Of a stretch of DNA of 64,000 nt, positions 24,745-38,059 are shown piece after piece. The notes below the pieces were generated by a model. It was not told the DNA's origin. It ran no database searches and was given only the letters and a program-made list of their open reading frames with translations. A program made the position numbers and the translations under genes. Numbering within the stretch: the stretch's first letter is position 1; each line of letters starts with the position of its first letter. This DNA is from Macrostomum lignano (taxonomy: Eukaryota), in assembly GCA_002269645.1 (NCBI GenBank), contig NIVC01000162.1, positions 434,001-498,000 of the forward strand, read 5' to 3'.

Positions 24745-25529
24745 CCATAGTCTAGATCATGCTGGATGCATGCCCAAACCAAAATTCAATATCTACAAAT
24801 AAATGCTGAAAAAATGGAATGCATGCCCATTCTCAAAACTATACTCGTATTGCGACAATAAATTTCCTTTTACATTGTGATAATAAATTACCTTTTTTTA
24901 ATTGTATAATAGATCCATTAATAGATAATTTGGTATCTTTTTTCTACTTCATAATCACTTTTCCACATGATTCTATATATCATAATGCATACTATTTTCT
25001 TAGGAGTAGTCCATGCCAATTGTGCATGCCTACTTTTGGTATACAAGGCCAATGCCAACTCTGGATCATGTAGTATATGCCTAAAATTTGGGCATGCATT
25101 GGCCTTGCGTGCCAAAATTAAGCATGCATAGTTGGCATACATCACTCCTAAGAAAATAGTATGTGTGCATACTTGGCATGCACTTTATAGAATCACGCAT
25201 AAGAGTTTTTGTAAAGTAGAAAAAAAAAAATGAAAATGTTCATTTTTAAGTGCAAATTTCAAGCTTTCCAGTTTTTTCAAGCTCATAAAAGAGCACTTAA
25301 ACAAATCTTTGCATGTATAAATTTTCCACTATAAATAGTATCACCAAAAAAGCTTAAAAAGCAACTAAAGAATCTGGTAATAAGGGTCTATTATGCAATG
25401 TAAAAAAGGTCATTTATTGTCGCAATACTAGCACATTTTTGAGAATGGGCATGCACTACATTTATTGGCATGCATTTGTAATTATTCAATTTTTGTTTGG
25501 GCATGCACCCAGAATGATCTGGACTATGG
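24745..25529. mobile_element. foldback-type element, nearly palindromic over its whole length
   Basis: 24745-24890 pairs with 25390-25529, and 24938-25055 pairs with 25090-25230. Central loop is near 25056-25089. Confidence 0.75.
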
Positions 25530-27219
25530 GGCCAATGCATATCTAAATTTTTTGATACATATTATATGATCCAGAGTATAGCATTAGCAGAGTGAATATT
25601 GTCAATTCTAGCATTTGGAATTTTGGATAGGATGGATAGTGTTGAATCAATGATAGATTTTAAAATGTCATGAGTTACTAGAAAGATTTACTCATTACTG
25701 AATCTTAATTGCTAAATTGTTTGGATTATAATATTTTATTTTATAGTTTTTAACTTTTTCAATTTTAAAATGTTATAAAAATAAAAGGTCAATCTCTGTC
25801 ATTTAAATAATAAAATTGATTAAATCACTAACATTGATTACCTTTTTAGTTTTTAATTCATTTTTAGTATATCTGATTTAGTCTTTTCTATTAGAACTAT
25901 TGTTATTAAAGTAACACTTTGTTATCCTAACCATTAGTCATATTTTTGACACTTATTCTATTAATTCATTAGCTATAGTATAAATATATACACTTTGCTA
26001 TCTACTCTTTAGACATTATCATCTACTTTTTACATGAAATACTTAGCTGTGTGTAACTTTGTTAGACAATTTATATCAATAGTCATAAGAGGCCATACTA
26101 CACCTAAATGCATAAAACTTTGTATATATAGGATAAGACTTAAGACATATATGTATATTACTATGCCATAGCTTAGCTGACAATGCTATCATTGTTAACA
26201 CATGTGCTTGCTATTTTTACTAATTGGTTATTGGCAAAAGCTACAGGTGTCATATTTTCACTTTAACCCATAGTTTGGATTGTGTATTAGTGTATGCTAG
26301 GTCTGTTGGGGAAAAATTATAGGACCTTTTTGTACACCAGGACTAAAATGTTTTTATTATGTATGCCAAAGTTGTTCACCTTTAAGGCATGTGCATCTTT
26401 TAAGTTTGCTCAATTAGAAATTAATTTTTTATTCATGCAGGGTAAAAAAAACTAAAAAATCATGCACTTTTGCAATGTTCATAAGAGAAGAGAAGACAAT
26501 TATAAAAGAAATAATTTTTATACTTCTTATTCACTGAAAATGTAAGAAAATTAAGTTTTTTAGGGCATAAAATTTGACTTTTTTATTATAATTATTTGTT
26601 CCTATTGACAATGTTACATGTAGCATATCTTACATAAAGTCACTTTAATTTTTTGTAGATACTACCATAGATGTAAGCCAACAATTTTCTACTGTGTCAT
26701 GTATGCCAGAATGTATGTTGATGTATGCTGAAAAATGGCAAGTACCCTTGTACACCAAGAAATCCTGGCATATATGTTGCCTTCCAAACTGTGAACTTCA
26801 ACTAGCTATATCTTCATCTAGCTATAGCTTCTTATACATCATAGTTATAAAGAAATTCTGAGAATGTTCTCAGTTCTCTGAGAAATGCACATCTTCCTAT
26901 GTGCACTTTCTCTTGGATCTACTACTAGGGTGGTTGGTTAGTCAAAGCATACCCTATGCCTTTTTTAACCTAAATTGTACCCCAATTCCTCTAAGTAGTG
27001 CAAAGGCATAGACCTTAGTCAACTAAATCAATTGCAGATCCAACATCCAATAAACTGTCTTGAAATTATGTCTTTGAATATTTACTCATGAAATTAATTT
27101 TAGTTTTTATTGCTTAATTTAAGTAAATAAGCAATAAATACAACTATCTAGTGTTAAAACTTAACCCATTGTGCCAAGAAATGTATCCTAAATATATCAA
27201 AACCTGATTAACCGCAGCA

Positions 27220-27582
27220 ATGGCTCCGCGTCGGGAAAAGAAAAAGAGCGCCCTGAAGGACGTTGTCACCCGCGAGTACACCATCAACCTGCACAAGCGC
27301 ATTCACGGCATCGGTTTCAAGCGCCGGGCGCCGCGCGCAATGACGGAGATTCGCAAATTCGCGGAGAGAATGATGGGCACCCCGGACGTGCGGCTGGACA
27401 CCAGGCTGAACAAGTTCGTGTGGAGCCAGGGCGTCCGCAACGTGCCGTTCCGCGTCCGGGTCCGCCTGGCCAGGAAGCGCAATGAGGACGAGGACAGCGC
27501 GCACAAGCTGTACACCTTGGTCACCTACGTGCCCTGCACCGAGTTCAAGGGCAAGCAGACCATCAATGTGGAAGGAGAATAG
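27220..27582 (+). CDS. RPL31: 60S ribosomal protein L31 (eL31), no intron in the CDS
   Basis: [64 protein letters not shown]; full length, 120 aa. Confidence 0.97.
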   Translation: MAPRREKKKSALKDVVTREYTINLHKRIHGIGFKRRAPRAMTEIRKFAERMMGTPDVRLDTRLNKFVWSQGVRNVPFRVRVRLARKRNEDEDSAHKLYTLVTYVPCTEFKGKQTINVEGE

Positions 27583-27829
27583 TCGGCTAAATTAGAATCT
27601 GTCACCTGGTTCAACTGACGCTTCGCGTGATTTTAGTTGCTAAGCAGTTTCATTAGTGACCCTTATCGTTAATACACTGCCGGACCTGTGTTGCGGATTG
27701 TTAAAGTCCGAATTGGATTGAAATTATTGTACGGCTTTGACCTCATTTATTTCCTATGCGACTAATTCTTTTTGTTGATAGTTAGCGATTAACTGATGCA
27801 GCAGTTTGTTGAGACTCTGCTATTTTATC

Positions 27830-28776
27830 CCAATCACCCTCTCCCGTTGCCCATTTATCCCCATCACTGCCTCCCGTTGCCCATTTATCCCCATCACTGC
27901 CTCCCGTTGCCCATTTATCCCCATCACTGTCTCCCGTTGCCCATTTATCCCCATCACTGTCTCCCGTTGCCCATTTATCCCCATCACAGCCTCCCGTTGC
28001 CCATTTATCCCCATCACTGCCTCCCGTTGCCCATTTATCCCCATCACTGTCTCCCGTTGCCCATTTATCCCCATCACAGCCTCCCGTTGCCCATTTATCC
28101 CCATCACTGTCTCCCGTTGCCCATTTATCCCCATCACAGCCTCCCGTTGCCCATTTATCCCCATCACTGCCTCCCGTTGCCCATTTATCCCCATCACTGT
28201 CTCCCGTTGCCCATTTATCCCGATCACAGCCTCCTTTGATTATGTATCCCCATCACAGCCTCCCTTTGACGATTTATCACCATCACTGCCTCCCGTGGCC
28301 CATTTATCCCCATTGTCTCCATAGTCCCATTTATCCCTATCACAGCCTCCTTTGCCATTCTGCCATATCCCATTGCATTTTGCCACGTCTCATTACTGCC
28401 TCCCTATTCCCGTTTATCCCCATCTCAGCCTCCCTAATCCCGTTTATCCCCATCTCAGCTATCCACTCCGTTTATCCCCATCTCAGCCTCCCTAATCCCG
28501 TTTATCCCCATCTCAGCCCCTTACTCCCGTTTATCCCCATCTCAGCCCCTTACTCCCGTTTATCCCCATCTCAGCCTCCCTAATCCCGTTTATCCCCATC
28601 TCAGCCTCCCTACTCCCGTTTATCCCCATCGCAGCCTCCCTACTCCCGTTTATCCCCATCTCAGCCTCCCTACTCCCGTTTATCCCCATCTCAGCCTCCC
28701 TACTCCCGTTTATCCCCATCTTAGCCTCCCTACTCCCGTTTATCCCCATCTCAGCCCCTTACTCCCGTTTATCCCC
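27830..28776. repeat. two related 30-bp minisatellites (CCATTTATCCCCATCACTGCCTCCCGTTGC; CCCGTTTATCCCCATCTCAGCCTCCCTACT) between RPL31 and RPS21
   Basis: Directly visible; shared TTTATCCCCATC core. Confidence 0.93.
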
Positions 28777-28790
28777 GAGTCTCCCACGCC

Positions 28791-28847
28791 CCGGAAGTCA
28801 GCCGCACCAAATATGGCCCGGGATTTCCTCTCACCTTTGCAGCCGCA
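28791..28847 (+). promoter_or_regulatory. possible ribosomal-protein promoter elements or splice acceptor upstream of RPS21-like
   Basis: CCGGAAGT (ETS-type motif) at 28791-28798, AAATATGGC (YY1-like), then pyrimidine tract TTTCCTCTCACCTTTGCAG. Motif match only. Confidence 0.3.
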
Positions 28848-28872
28848 ATCGTTCAAGCAGCCCATAGCAACA

Positions 28873-29129
28873 ATGGAGCACTCATTTATCCCACGCAAAT
28901 GCGACGCGACCCAGCGCATCATCGGCCGAAGGACCACGCCTCCATCCAGCTGGCCTTCGCCGAGTTGAACGCTGACGGCCGCATGACCGGCGGCAAGAAG
29001 GTGTTCAACATCAGCGGCGACGTGCGGCGACGCGGCGAGAGCGACATGTCTCTGAATGTGCTGACTAGCGAGCGAGGCATCACCGCCCCGTTCCTGCTCA
29101 AGCTGGACGAGACCAACCGCACGGCCTGA
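28873..29129 (+). CDS. RPS21: 40S ribosomal protein S21 (eS21)-like, divergent, 1-nt deletion at ~28926
   Basis: MEHSFIPRKCDATQRIIG, then a 1-nt shift to PKDHASIQLAFAELNADGRMTG..ISGDVRRRGESDMSL; matches the eS21 motifs PRKC, IIxAKDHASIQ and RRxGESD. Confidence 0.88.
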
Positions 29130-29881
29130 GCATTGTGGCTGATGAACTCAAGACTGACAGACTTCTGTCATTGTCTAACGAGATGCTTTAGTAGTTTAAC
29201 AACTTGAATGCGTTTGGTGTGAAAATAAAAGCACTGAAGGGTTTCTCAATGCGCTGATTCTTTGTGCGGATTACCGTGGATTAATGACGGTGTCTGAGTC
29301 TTGCTTGCTTTTTCTAATTGGATTCTAGATTTAGGATTTTTTAAAATTAGATTTTTCTCATTTGGTTTTACAATCCCCAAATTTTCAAAATCTCAAGCTG
29401 CTGGATTTTTTTATCCCTAAATTTCCCAAATCCCATTCTTTTAAATCCATAAATTTTCCAAATTATCCATCCTTTAAATCCCCTAAAATTCCCCACATCC
29501 CTATCCCTTAAAGTCCCTAAAATTCCCAAATTTCCTAAATCTCTATCCTTTTAAATCCCAAATTTCCCAAATCTCTATCCCCTTCAATTCCAAAGGGCCT
29601 GTCAACTTAAGCTCATAAAGTGGAGCCCGAGTAACCTAGGTACACAAATGATATGTCATTCGGCTCATAGTGACACCAGGAAGCTGATTTTTGGCAAAAG
29701 AGCAACAAAAATCAGACCTGGGATAACGGGAGAACAAGCAAGAGGATAAGAAGGCAGACTTTTCGGCCTACTTTTGTTTTCTTATCGCATAAAAATCGAG
29801 CGAAATTCGATAGTTGCTTACTGAAATCACGTCAGTAGGGTGGCTTGAACATGACAAGCTAAAATTACGCTCAGCAAATAA

Positions 29882-31136
<1,255 letters not shown>

Positions 31137-31760
31137 GCCGGTGTGAACAGACTGCTAGTGAAAGGTGAGCTGATTCGAAGAACAGAGAGAGAGAGAGAGT
31201 TCACACAACTTGAACAAACAGCTGGTGGCGGCTCGCGTCTGTGTCCTATGCGTTGTTAGTTTGTAAGCCTATTTTTTACTAATTTCTGCTTTTCCCCTAC
31301 GAAAGTTCTACGTTAAATTCAGTCTAATTGTAGCGATGCGGAGGGCAGTAGAGACCCCAGTCTGTTGCTGAACAATATCTGATAGATTAAACTAGCATGA
31401 GGGCTTTGTATTCGATGAGTGTTTCAAATACACGCGATTGAGCTTGCAAGCCAACTAATCATATTAATAAGTGTTGGAATTAAAAACCTTTTGTGACGCT
31501 TGAAATGATCGCTAATGTGACTTTTCTTCTTATTTGTTGCTATTTATTTCGTTAAAACTCCTGTCGCACTACTCATTGAAAGTAGAATTAATCGTATTTT
31601 TTAAAGCGGCTATAGAAAACGAAAAAGTAGTTTATTTGTGTAGTGAAAAAAATGCGCTTGTTCTACTTTTCTCAGTAGCAAAGTCATTCAAGTGCAACTT
31701 TTATTACTGAAATTTGTAAAAAACACTAAAATAAAGCGCCTTTATTAGGAACATGGAACC

Positions 31761-31828
31761 TGCACAGAAAGTGTACATGCCTGACGATTAGAAAGTCTGG
31801 GCCACTGTACACCCTGTGTGAGCGTGCG
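31761..31828 (+). mobile_element. 5'-truncated second copy of the SINE-like body seen at 20190-20262
   Basis: TGCACAGA..GTGTACATGCCTGACGATT(A/G)GAAAGTC(T/A)GGGCC..TGTACACCC is shared between the two copies. Confidence 0.6.
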
Positions 31829-32229
31829 TATTGACTTGCCGTCAAAGCTTTCAGGTTCTCGCGCAATTATTACATGAAATTGGTGCAAGCAAATGCGCAG
31901 AAACAGGGGATCGAATCAATCAAGCGTGTCTTGATCTGATTAGCCAGAGCAATTCGCATTGCCTGGCTTGCATTGATTGAGTGCCAGTGCGAAATTGCCA
32001 GAAACACCCTGCAGCTTTCAGCCCCGCGCGAATTTGCTTATGAATCTTATCTGATATCTGCAGTAGAGCATTGCAGTTTACTGCCGATTTTAGAAAACAA
32101 TCGTAGCGTGTTAACAGACCGGTGGGCGTGTCGGCTACAGAAGGAAGCGTGCTAAAATATTGGTTTTAACTTAATTTCGGGTATTAAAAGTAAAATTTCG
32201 CTCAAAAATTACTTCTATAGTGCCAGAAT

Positions 32230-35200
32230 TTATACATAGTGCTCTGTTGAATCTGTCAGTACAGTCGCTGCGCGTAATTCAGCTTGCTGCTGCTGTACAG
32301 ATGTACGCGGCTTTGGCAATGGCAACGGTTTCGGTGACGTCACACCGAGCAGCTCGGAAGCTGATAGGCGTAGAATTGTCGGCGGCCCGTGAAGCTTCCG
32401 GGGTGGAAGCGGAGGGCGGAATGCTGGCTGCGGCGGTTGAAGCTGCTGCTGGTTCGGAAAAGTTTGCAGCCTGTGTGATTTTTGGGGGAGGGTCGCATGA
32501 TTAACTGTTACATGCATGTGCGCGATGTAATGACACTGGTCCCTGTATGTAAATGTGCAGGAGCTGTATCTCCAACTGGCACTGATCTATCTCCAACTGG
32601 CACTGATCTATCTCTGAAACTGGCACTGATATCTCTAACTGGCACTGACAATAACCAACTGGCACTGATCTATCTCTGAAACTGGCACTGATCTATCTCT
32701 GAAACTGGCACTGATCTATCTCTGAAACTGGCACTGATAATAACCAACTGGCACTGATATCTCTAACTGGCACTGATAATAACCAACTGGCACTGATATC
32801 TCTAACTGGCACTGACAATAACCAACTGGCACTGATCTATCTCCAACTGGCACTGATCTATCTCTGAAACTGGCACTGATCTATCTCTGAAACTGGCACT
32901 GATCTATCTCTGAAACTGGCACTGATAATAACCAACTGGCACTGATATCTCTAACTGGCACTGATAATAACCAACTGGCACTGATATCTCCAACTGGCAT
33001 TGATCTATCTCTGAAACTGGCACTGATATCTCTAACTGGCACTGACAATAACCAACTGGCACTGATCTATCTCTAACTGGCACTGATAATAACCAACTGG
33101 CACTGATATCTCTAACTGGCACTGATAATAACCAACTGGCACTGATATCTCCAACTGGCATTGATCTATCTCTGAAACTGGCACTGATATCTCTAACTGG
33201 CACTGACAATAACCAACTGGCACTGATCTATCTCTAACTGGCACTGATCTGTCTCCACATCCGTGACGCACCGCCCGCAACTCGACTGCTGATCGTCCTC
33301 ATCCAGCGACTCCACCGACGCTTGTCTACTCGCACCAACTTTAGTGGACATTGTGGAGTTGGTGGCGGCGCCGCGGTCAGCAGCCGAGGAGGCCGACGTC
33401 GCCGTTGCAGCCGAGCTGCTGCTGACGAGCCGCAGCAGCGCCGGAGCCGGCTGGCTGCAGCAGCTGACGCCGCTACCGCAGGCCCTGCGAGCCGCAGCTG
33501 CCACGAAGAAGGCGACGCCGCCGACCAGCAGGACGGCGACTGCGGCGCCGAGCCCGCCACCGACTGCCGTCGCCGAGGCGGGGATGGCGTTCGCAGAGGT
33601 TGCAGACGCTGGGCGCACCGGGGACGTCTCGTACACTTGGACATCGCCGTCCATGACCACGATGGAGACGGAGAGGCTGCTGATTGCAGCTGCGGCAGCT
33701 TCCGGCAGCAGAATACTGGCTCTTCCGGAGACAATCTGAAGCAAAATGGCTGCGAATGAAGTACCTGGTTGTCCTCGAGGCAGTGCCGAACGAGATAGCA
33801 CTGTAGATAACAGTGAGGTCTATAGATAGAGAGATAGATATAGATAGCAGTATCCTATAGACAGGCACCTCAGAGTGCAGCAGCTGCCGCAGGAAGCATG
33901 AGGATGCACCGCTGCCGCCGCCGCAGACGCGCGCCTCCAACCGGGTGAAGGCGTCCGAGGCGGGCGGCCGGAACTCCAGCCTCAGGGCGTCTGCGGCGGA
34001 TCCGGCGGTTAGCGCCGCAGCCGCGACCGCCACCGACCAGTCCGGGACGGCGGGCAGCCGGCGGGTCACCAGCGGTTCGGCGGCCGACGCGAACTCGCTG
34101 GTCCCGAGCTCGTTCTCCGCTCGCATCCGCAGCTCGTAGGCGGTGTCGGACAGGAGGCCGGACAGGCGAGTCCAGCCGAGCCGGCCGGATTCGTGTCCGG
34201 GATCGGGCAGGCCGGTCACCTCCGTCCAGTTGGCCGAGTTCAGCGGGCGCCACTGCAGCCGGAAGGTCTGGGCGGCGCCCCGGCAGCGGCCGGGCAGCCA
34301 GGCGACCCAGCCGGACACGGCGGTGGCGTTGCCCGGCCACGGACCTCCAGCCGGCGCTTCTGGCGGCCCCGGCGGCGCCAGAGTCAGCGGCGCAAACACA
34401 GCAGCGCCGGCAACGTTGGACACCGTGGCAGAGTAGTCGGCGTAGTCGTTGGGCGTCAGGGAGGAGAACAGCAGCGAGTAGGTGAGGTTCCGCGGCCTGT
34501 CGAGCACCGTCAGGCGGTCGCGGTCGATAGGCGCGCAGCTGCCGCCGCCGGAGCGCGCAAGGCGGCACCAGACGGCGCCAGTCGGAGCCGGACTGGCTGC
34601 GGCCAGCGTCAGCACCAGAGCGGCCGGCTGCCCGACCGCCGTCCAAGAGGTCGTTCGACTGGCTGACTCGAGCAGCCGCGGCGGCGACAGCGGCGTCAGC
34701 GGCACCGCGTCGGAGGCTTCCCCGAAACGGCGGCCGCTGCCCCGGCTGGCGGCCCGGCATCGATAGCGACCGGCCGTCGTCGACGTCAGCGAGTGCACCG
34801 TCAGGATGGCGCCGGTGGCGACCATCGACCAGTTCGACCCAGCGCCGCCGGCTCGCTGCCATTCGAATTCGACTTCGTCGTTTTCGGCGGCGCTGGCGGC
34901 GTTGGGGTTCCCGCCGAAGGCCCGGCAGGCAAGCAGCACGCGAGCTCCTTGCGGGCAGCAGCCGCCGATGCCGCCGCCACCGACGCCGCCGCCTGCGGAC
35001 CACTCGGCGACCGATGCGGCGGCGGATGGCGGGTACAGCACGGCGAGAGTCCGGCTTCGCTGCAGGGCCGGCAGCGGCCGTCCGGAATGGCCGATCGAGC
35101 ACGTGACGTTGGCCGAGTTCAGCGACCGGCCAAGGCCATCAAGGCGGAGGCGGCTGGCCGAGCTGAGGCCGCCGAACAGACCCGGCTCCGTCCAGCTGGT

Positions 35201-37878
35201 GGCCGCCGACAGGCCGGAAGCTGCATCGGGGAGAGTCCAGCTGATGGAGGCGGCCGGGTTGGCCGAGTCTGCCCGGCACAGCAGCTCCAGCGACTCGCCC
35301 TCGAAGGCCGCGGCAGACGAGACCGTCAGGGAGCTGTCCGAGGGCGGGAACTGCACCTGGATGGGTTGGCAGGCGCCGGACTTGATCTACAACTGATCTA
35401 CAGCTGATCTACAACTGATCTACAGCTGATCTGCAGCTGATCTACAACCGATCTACTGCTGATCTGCAGCTGATCTACAACTGATCTACAACTGATCTAC
35501 AGCTGATCTGCAGCTGATCTACAGCTGATCTACAGCTGATCTGCAGCTGACCTACATCTGATCTACAGCTGATCTACAGCTCATCTACAGCTCATCTGCA
35601 GCTGATCTACATCTGATCTGCAGCTGATCTACAGCTAATCTACAGCTCATCTACAGCTCATCTGCAGCTGATCTACATCTGATCTACAGCTGATCTACAG
35701 CTAATCTACAGCTGATCTACAGCTGATCTGCAGCTGATCTACAGCTGATCTGCAGCTGATCTACAGCTGATCTACAGCTGATCTACAGCTGATCAACACC
35801 TGATTGACCCTCATCAACAGCACAGCGAATGCCTCACCCTGAGACTGGCGATTCTCCTGTCAATCTCGGTGCCGAGGTACCTCAGGCTGCACCCCACCGT
35901 CCGGCCGTTCATCTCCTGCCTCAGCCGCAGCCGCAGGCGGGACCAGGCCGCCCGGCCCACCTCCGACGGAGAGGCCACCATTGTCTGGCCGTCGGTCACC
36001 TCGGAAGCCGCTGAATCCCAGGTGGCGGGCGTGGGCAGCCAGTCGATGGCGCTGTCCGGGCTGCTGGGCGCCGATGCCGCGCAGAACACCTCGCCGACGG
36101 TGCCAGCCGGCCCGGCGACCGAGGCCGCCGACTCCGAGGAGTTCAGCGTCATGCGGAGGCCTCCGCCGGTTGGCGGGAAGGGAACCGTCAGCTGCTCCTG
36201 CTGGCTGAGCACCGCAGGCAGCGGCGGGCCGGGCGAGGGCGTGTCGGCCTGGCAGACGACCGCGGCCAGGTTGTCCGCGGGTGACAGCCGCAGCAACGCG
36301 CCCGGCCGCAGCTCCGAGACGTTGGCCTGCCGCGTGTTGAATTGATCTTAAATCCCCAATCCCGGAATTCAAATCGCAATATCCAGAAGCCGGATTTTAA
36401 ATCCTTGAAACTCTGGAACTCTAAATCCCAATCCCGAATCCCAATCCCGAATCCCAATCCCGAATCCCAGTCCCGAATCCCAGTTCCGAATCCCAGTTCC
36501 GAATCCCAGTTCCGAATGCCAGTTCCGAATCCCAGTTCCGAATCCCAGTTCCAAATCCCAATCCCGAATCCCAATCCCAAATCCCAGTTCCGAATCCCAA
36601 TCCCAAATCCCAGTTCCGAATCCCAATCCCGAATCCCAATCCCAAATCCCAGTTCCGAATCCCAATCCCAAATCCCAATCCGAATCCCAATCCCAAATCC
36701 CAGTTCCGAATCCCAATCCCAAATCCCAGTTCCGAATCCCAATCGCGAAATCTCAAACAATCAGCATAAATCCTAAATCCTAGATACGGACGCAGTCATA
36801 CGCGCAGGCACACTCACACAGGAGTTTACAGCGGCCCTGAATTTATTTATCGTTAGGCATGTACACTTCACTGTGCCTTTTGGTTTGGCCCTCAAGGGCG
36901 CTAATTGCACGGGCAGAGCCAAGCCGAGATTTCAGTTTAGCAGACTACGGCCCCCCAATATGAAGATCCGACCATCCCGGAACTGCGCTGTCGCACCTGT
37001 CCGAGTCTCCGAAGCAGCAGCCGCAGCGCGGGCTCCGGCCAGCCGCCCTCGGCCGCACAGTCCAGCGCCGCCGTCCCCGGCACCGACTGGTTGACGATTG
37101 CGCGAACCTCCGTCGGCGGATGGGCGACGTTCAGGACGGCCAGGCCGACGCCGACCCCACCGGCTGCGTTGGTCACCGAGCAGTGATAGTGGCCGGCGTC
37201 TGTCCGGCTCAGGTTGCTTAGCAACAGCCGCGACTCTATGCCGTCCACTGATTGGACGGCGGCGGCACCGGCCGGCAGCGGACGGCCGTCGGCGCGCGAC
37301 CAGACGAAGCTCAGGCCGGCAGCCGCGGCACGGAAGGCTGCGCACCGGCCCACGGCCTGGCCGGTTTCCATGGCTACGGCCGGATCGAAGGCGGCCAGCC
37401 GGACGCCCGGGTCGGACAGGACCCTCAGGCTGGCCGGCGGCTGGCTGGAGTCGCCGGCGTGTCGGCAGCTCCAGTAGCCGTCGAAATCGGCGGCGGCGGC
37501 CTCCGTGATGGTGTACAGGAAGCTGCGGGGCCCGGCCTGCTGGCAGAACAGGCGCAGCAGAGCCGGCCGCTCCGGGCAGGTGTGCACCGAGTCGGAGCAC
37601 ACTCGGTGGCAGTTCTCGAAGCAGGCTGAGCCTGAGGCGGCGCTATCCTCTGCGGCGCTGTCACCGACAAACGGCGCCGGGCAGAAGAGCCGGACGGAGA
37701 AGCTGCTGGAGTTGACGCCTGGAGCCAATTCGCAGGCAAACTGCAGGCTGGCGCCCTGGCGAACGAAAGCGCTGGAGGCTGGGACGCTGGAGTTGATGAG
37801 GAATTGGCCCGTGATTGCCGGTGAAACCACGTGCGGCAGAGCGCACAAGAGCAGGATGAGGCGAAGAGGCGGCTGCAT
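32230..37878 (-). CDS. nephrin/Kirrel/sidestep-like type I membrane IgSF protein (~1187 aa): signal peptide, ~7 Ig, FN3, TM, cytoplasmic tail; exons 37878-36997, 36326-35838, 35356-33869, 33735-33272, 32470-32230
   Basis: Signal MQPPLRLILLLCALPHVVSP; repeated Ig C..W..YxC patterns (e.g. DAGHYHCSVTN, TAGRYRCRA); FN3 PGPPEAP..W..YELRMRAENELG; TM GLGAAVAVLLVGGVAFFVAAAA; C-terminus TEHYV. All four introns are GT-AG with consistent phases 0,0,0,2. Confidence 0.85.
32568..33250. repeat. ~21-bp intronic minisatellite (AACTGGCACTGATCTATCTCT) in IgSF intron 4
   Basis: Directly visible. Confidence 0.93.
35390..35795. repeat. 11-bp intronic repeat (GCTGATCTACA) in IgSF intron 2
   Basis: Directly visible. 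Confidence 0.93.
36420..36745. repeat. ~12-bp intronic repeat (TCCCAATCCCGAA / TCCCAGTTCCGAA) in IgSF intron 1
   Basis: Directly visible. Confidence 0.92.
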
Positions 37879-38059
37879 GGGTGTGGCGGCTGAATAAAAT
37901 TCTTTGAGAAATTTGCTTTACTGAGCGCTCCTTTTATATATAGGCGCCTGTCAGGGCAGACCCTTGATCCACTTACTACTGCTTTCGTTCAGTAGTAGTA
38001 TATATAAATTGTATTCATATTTAGAGCTGTAGAGAGACAGCCATGAAAGAGCCTGTCTA

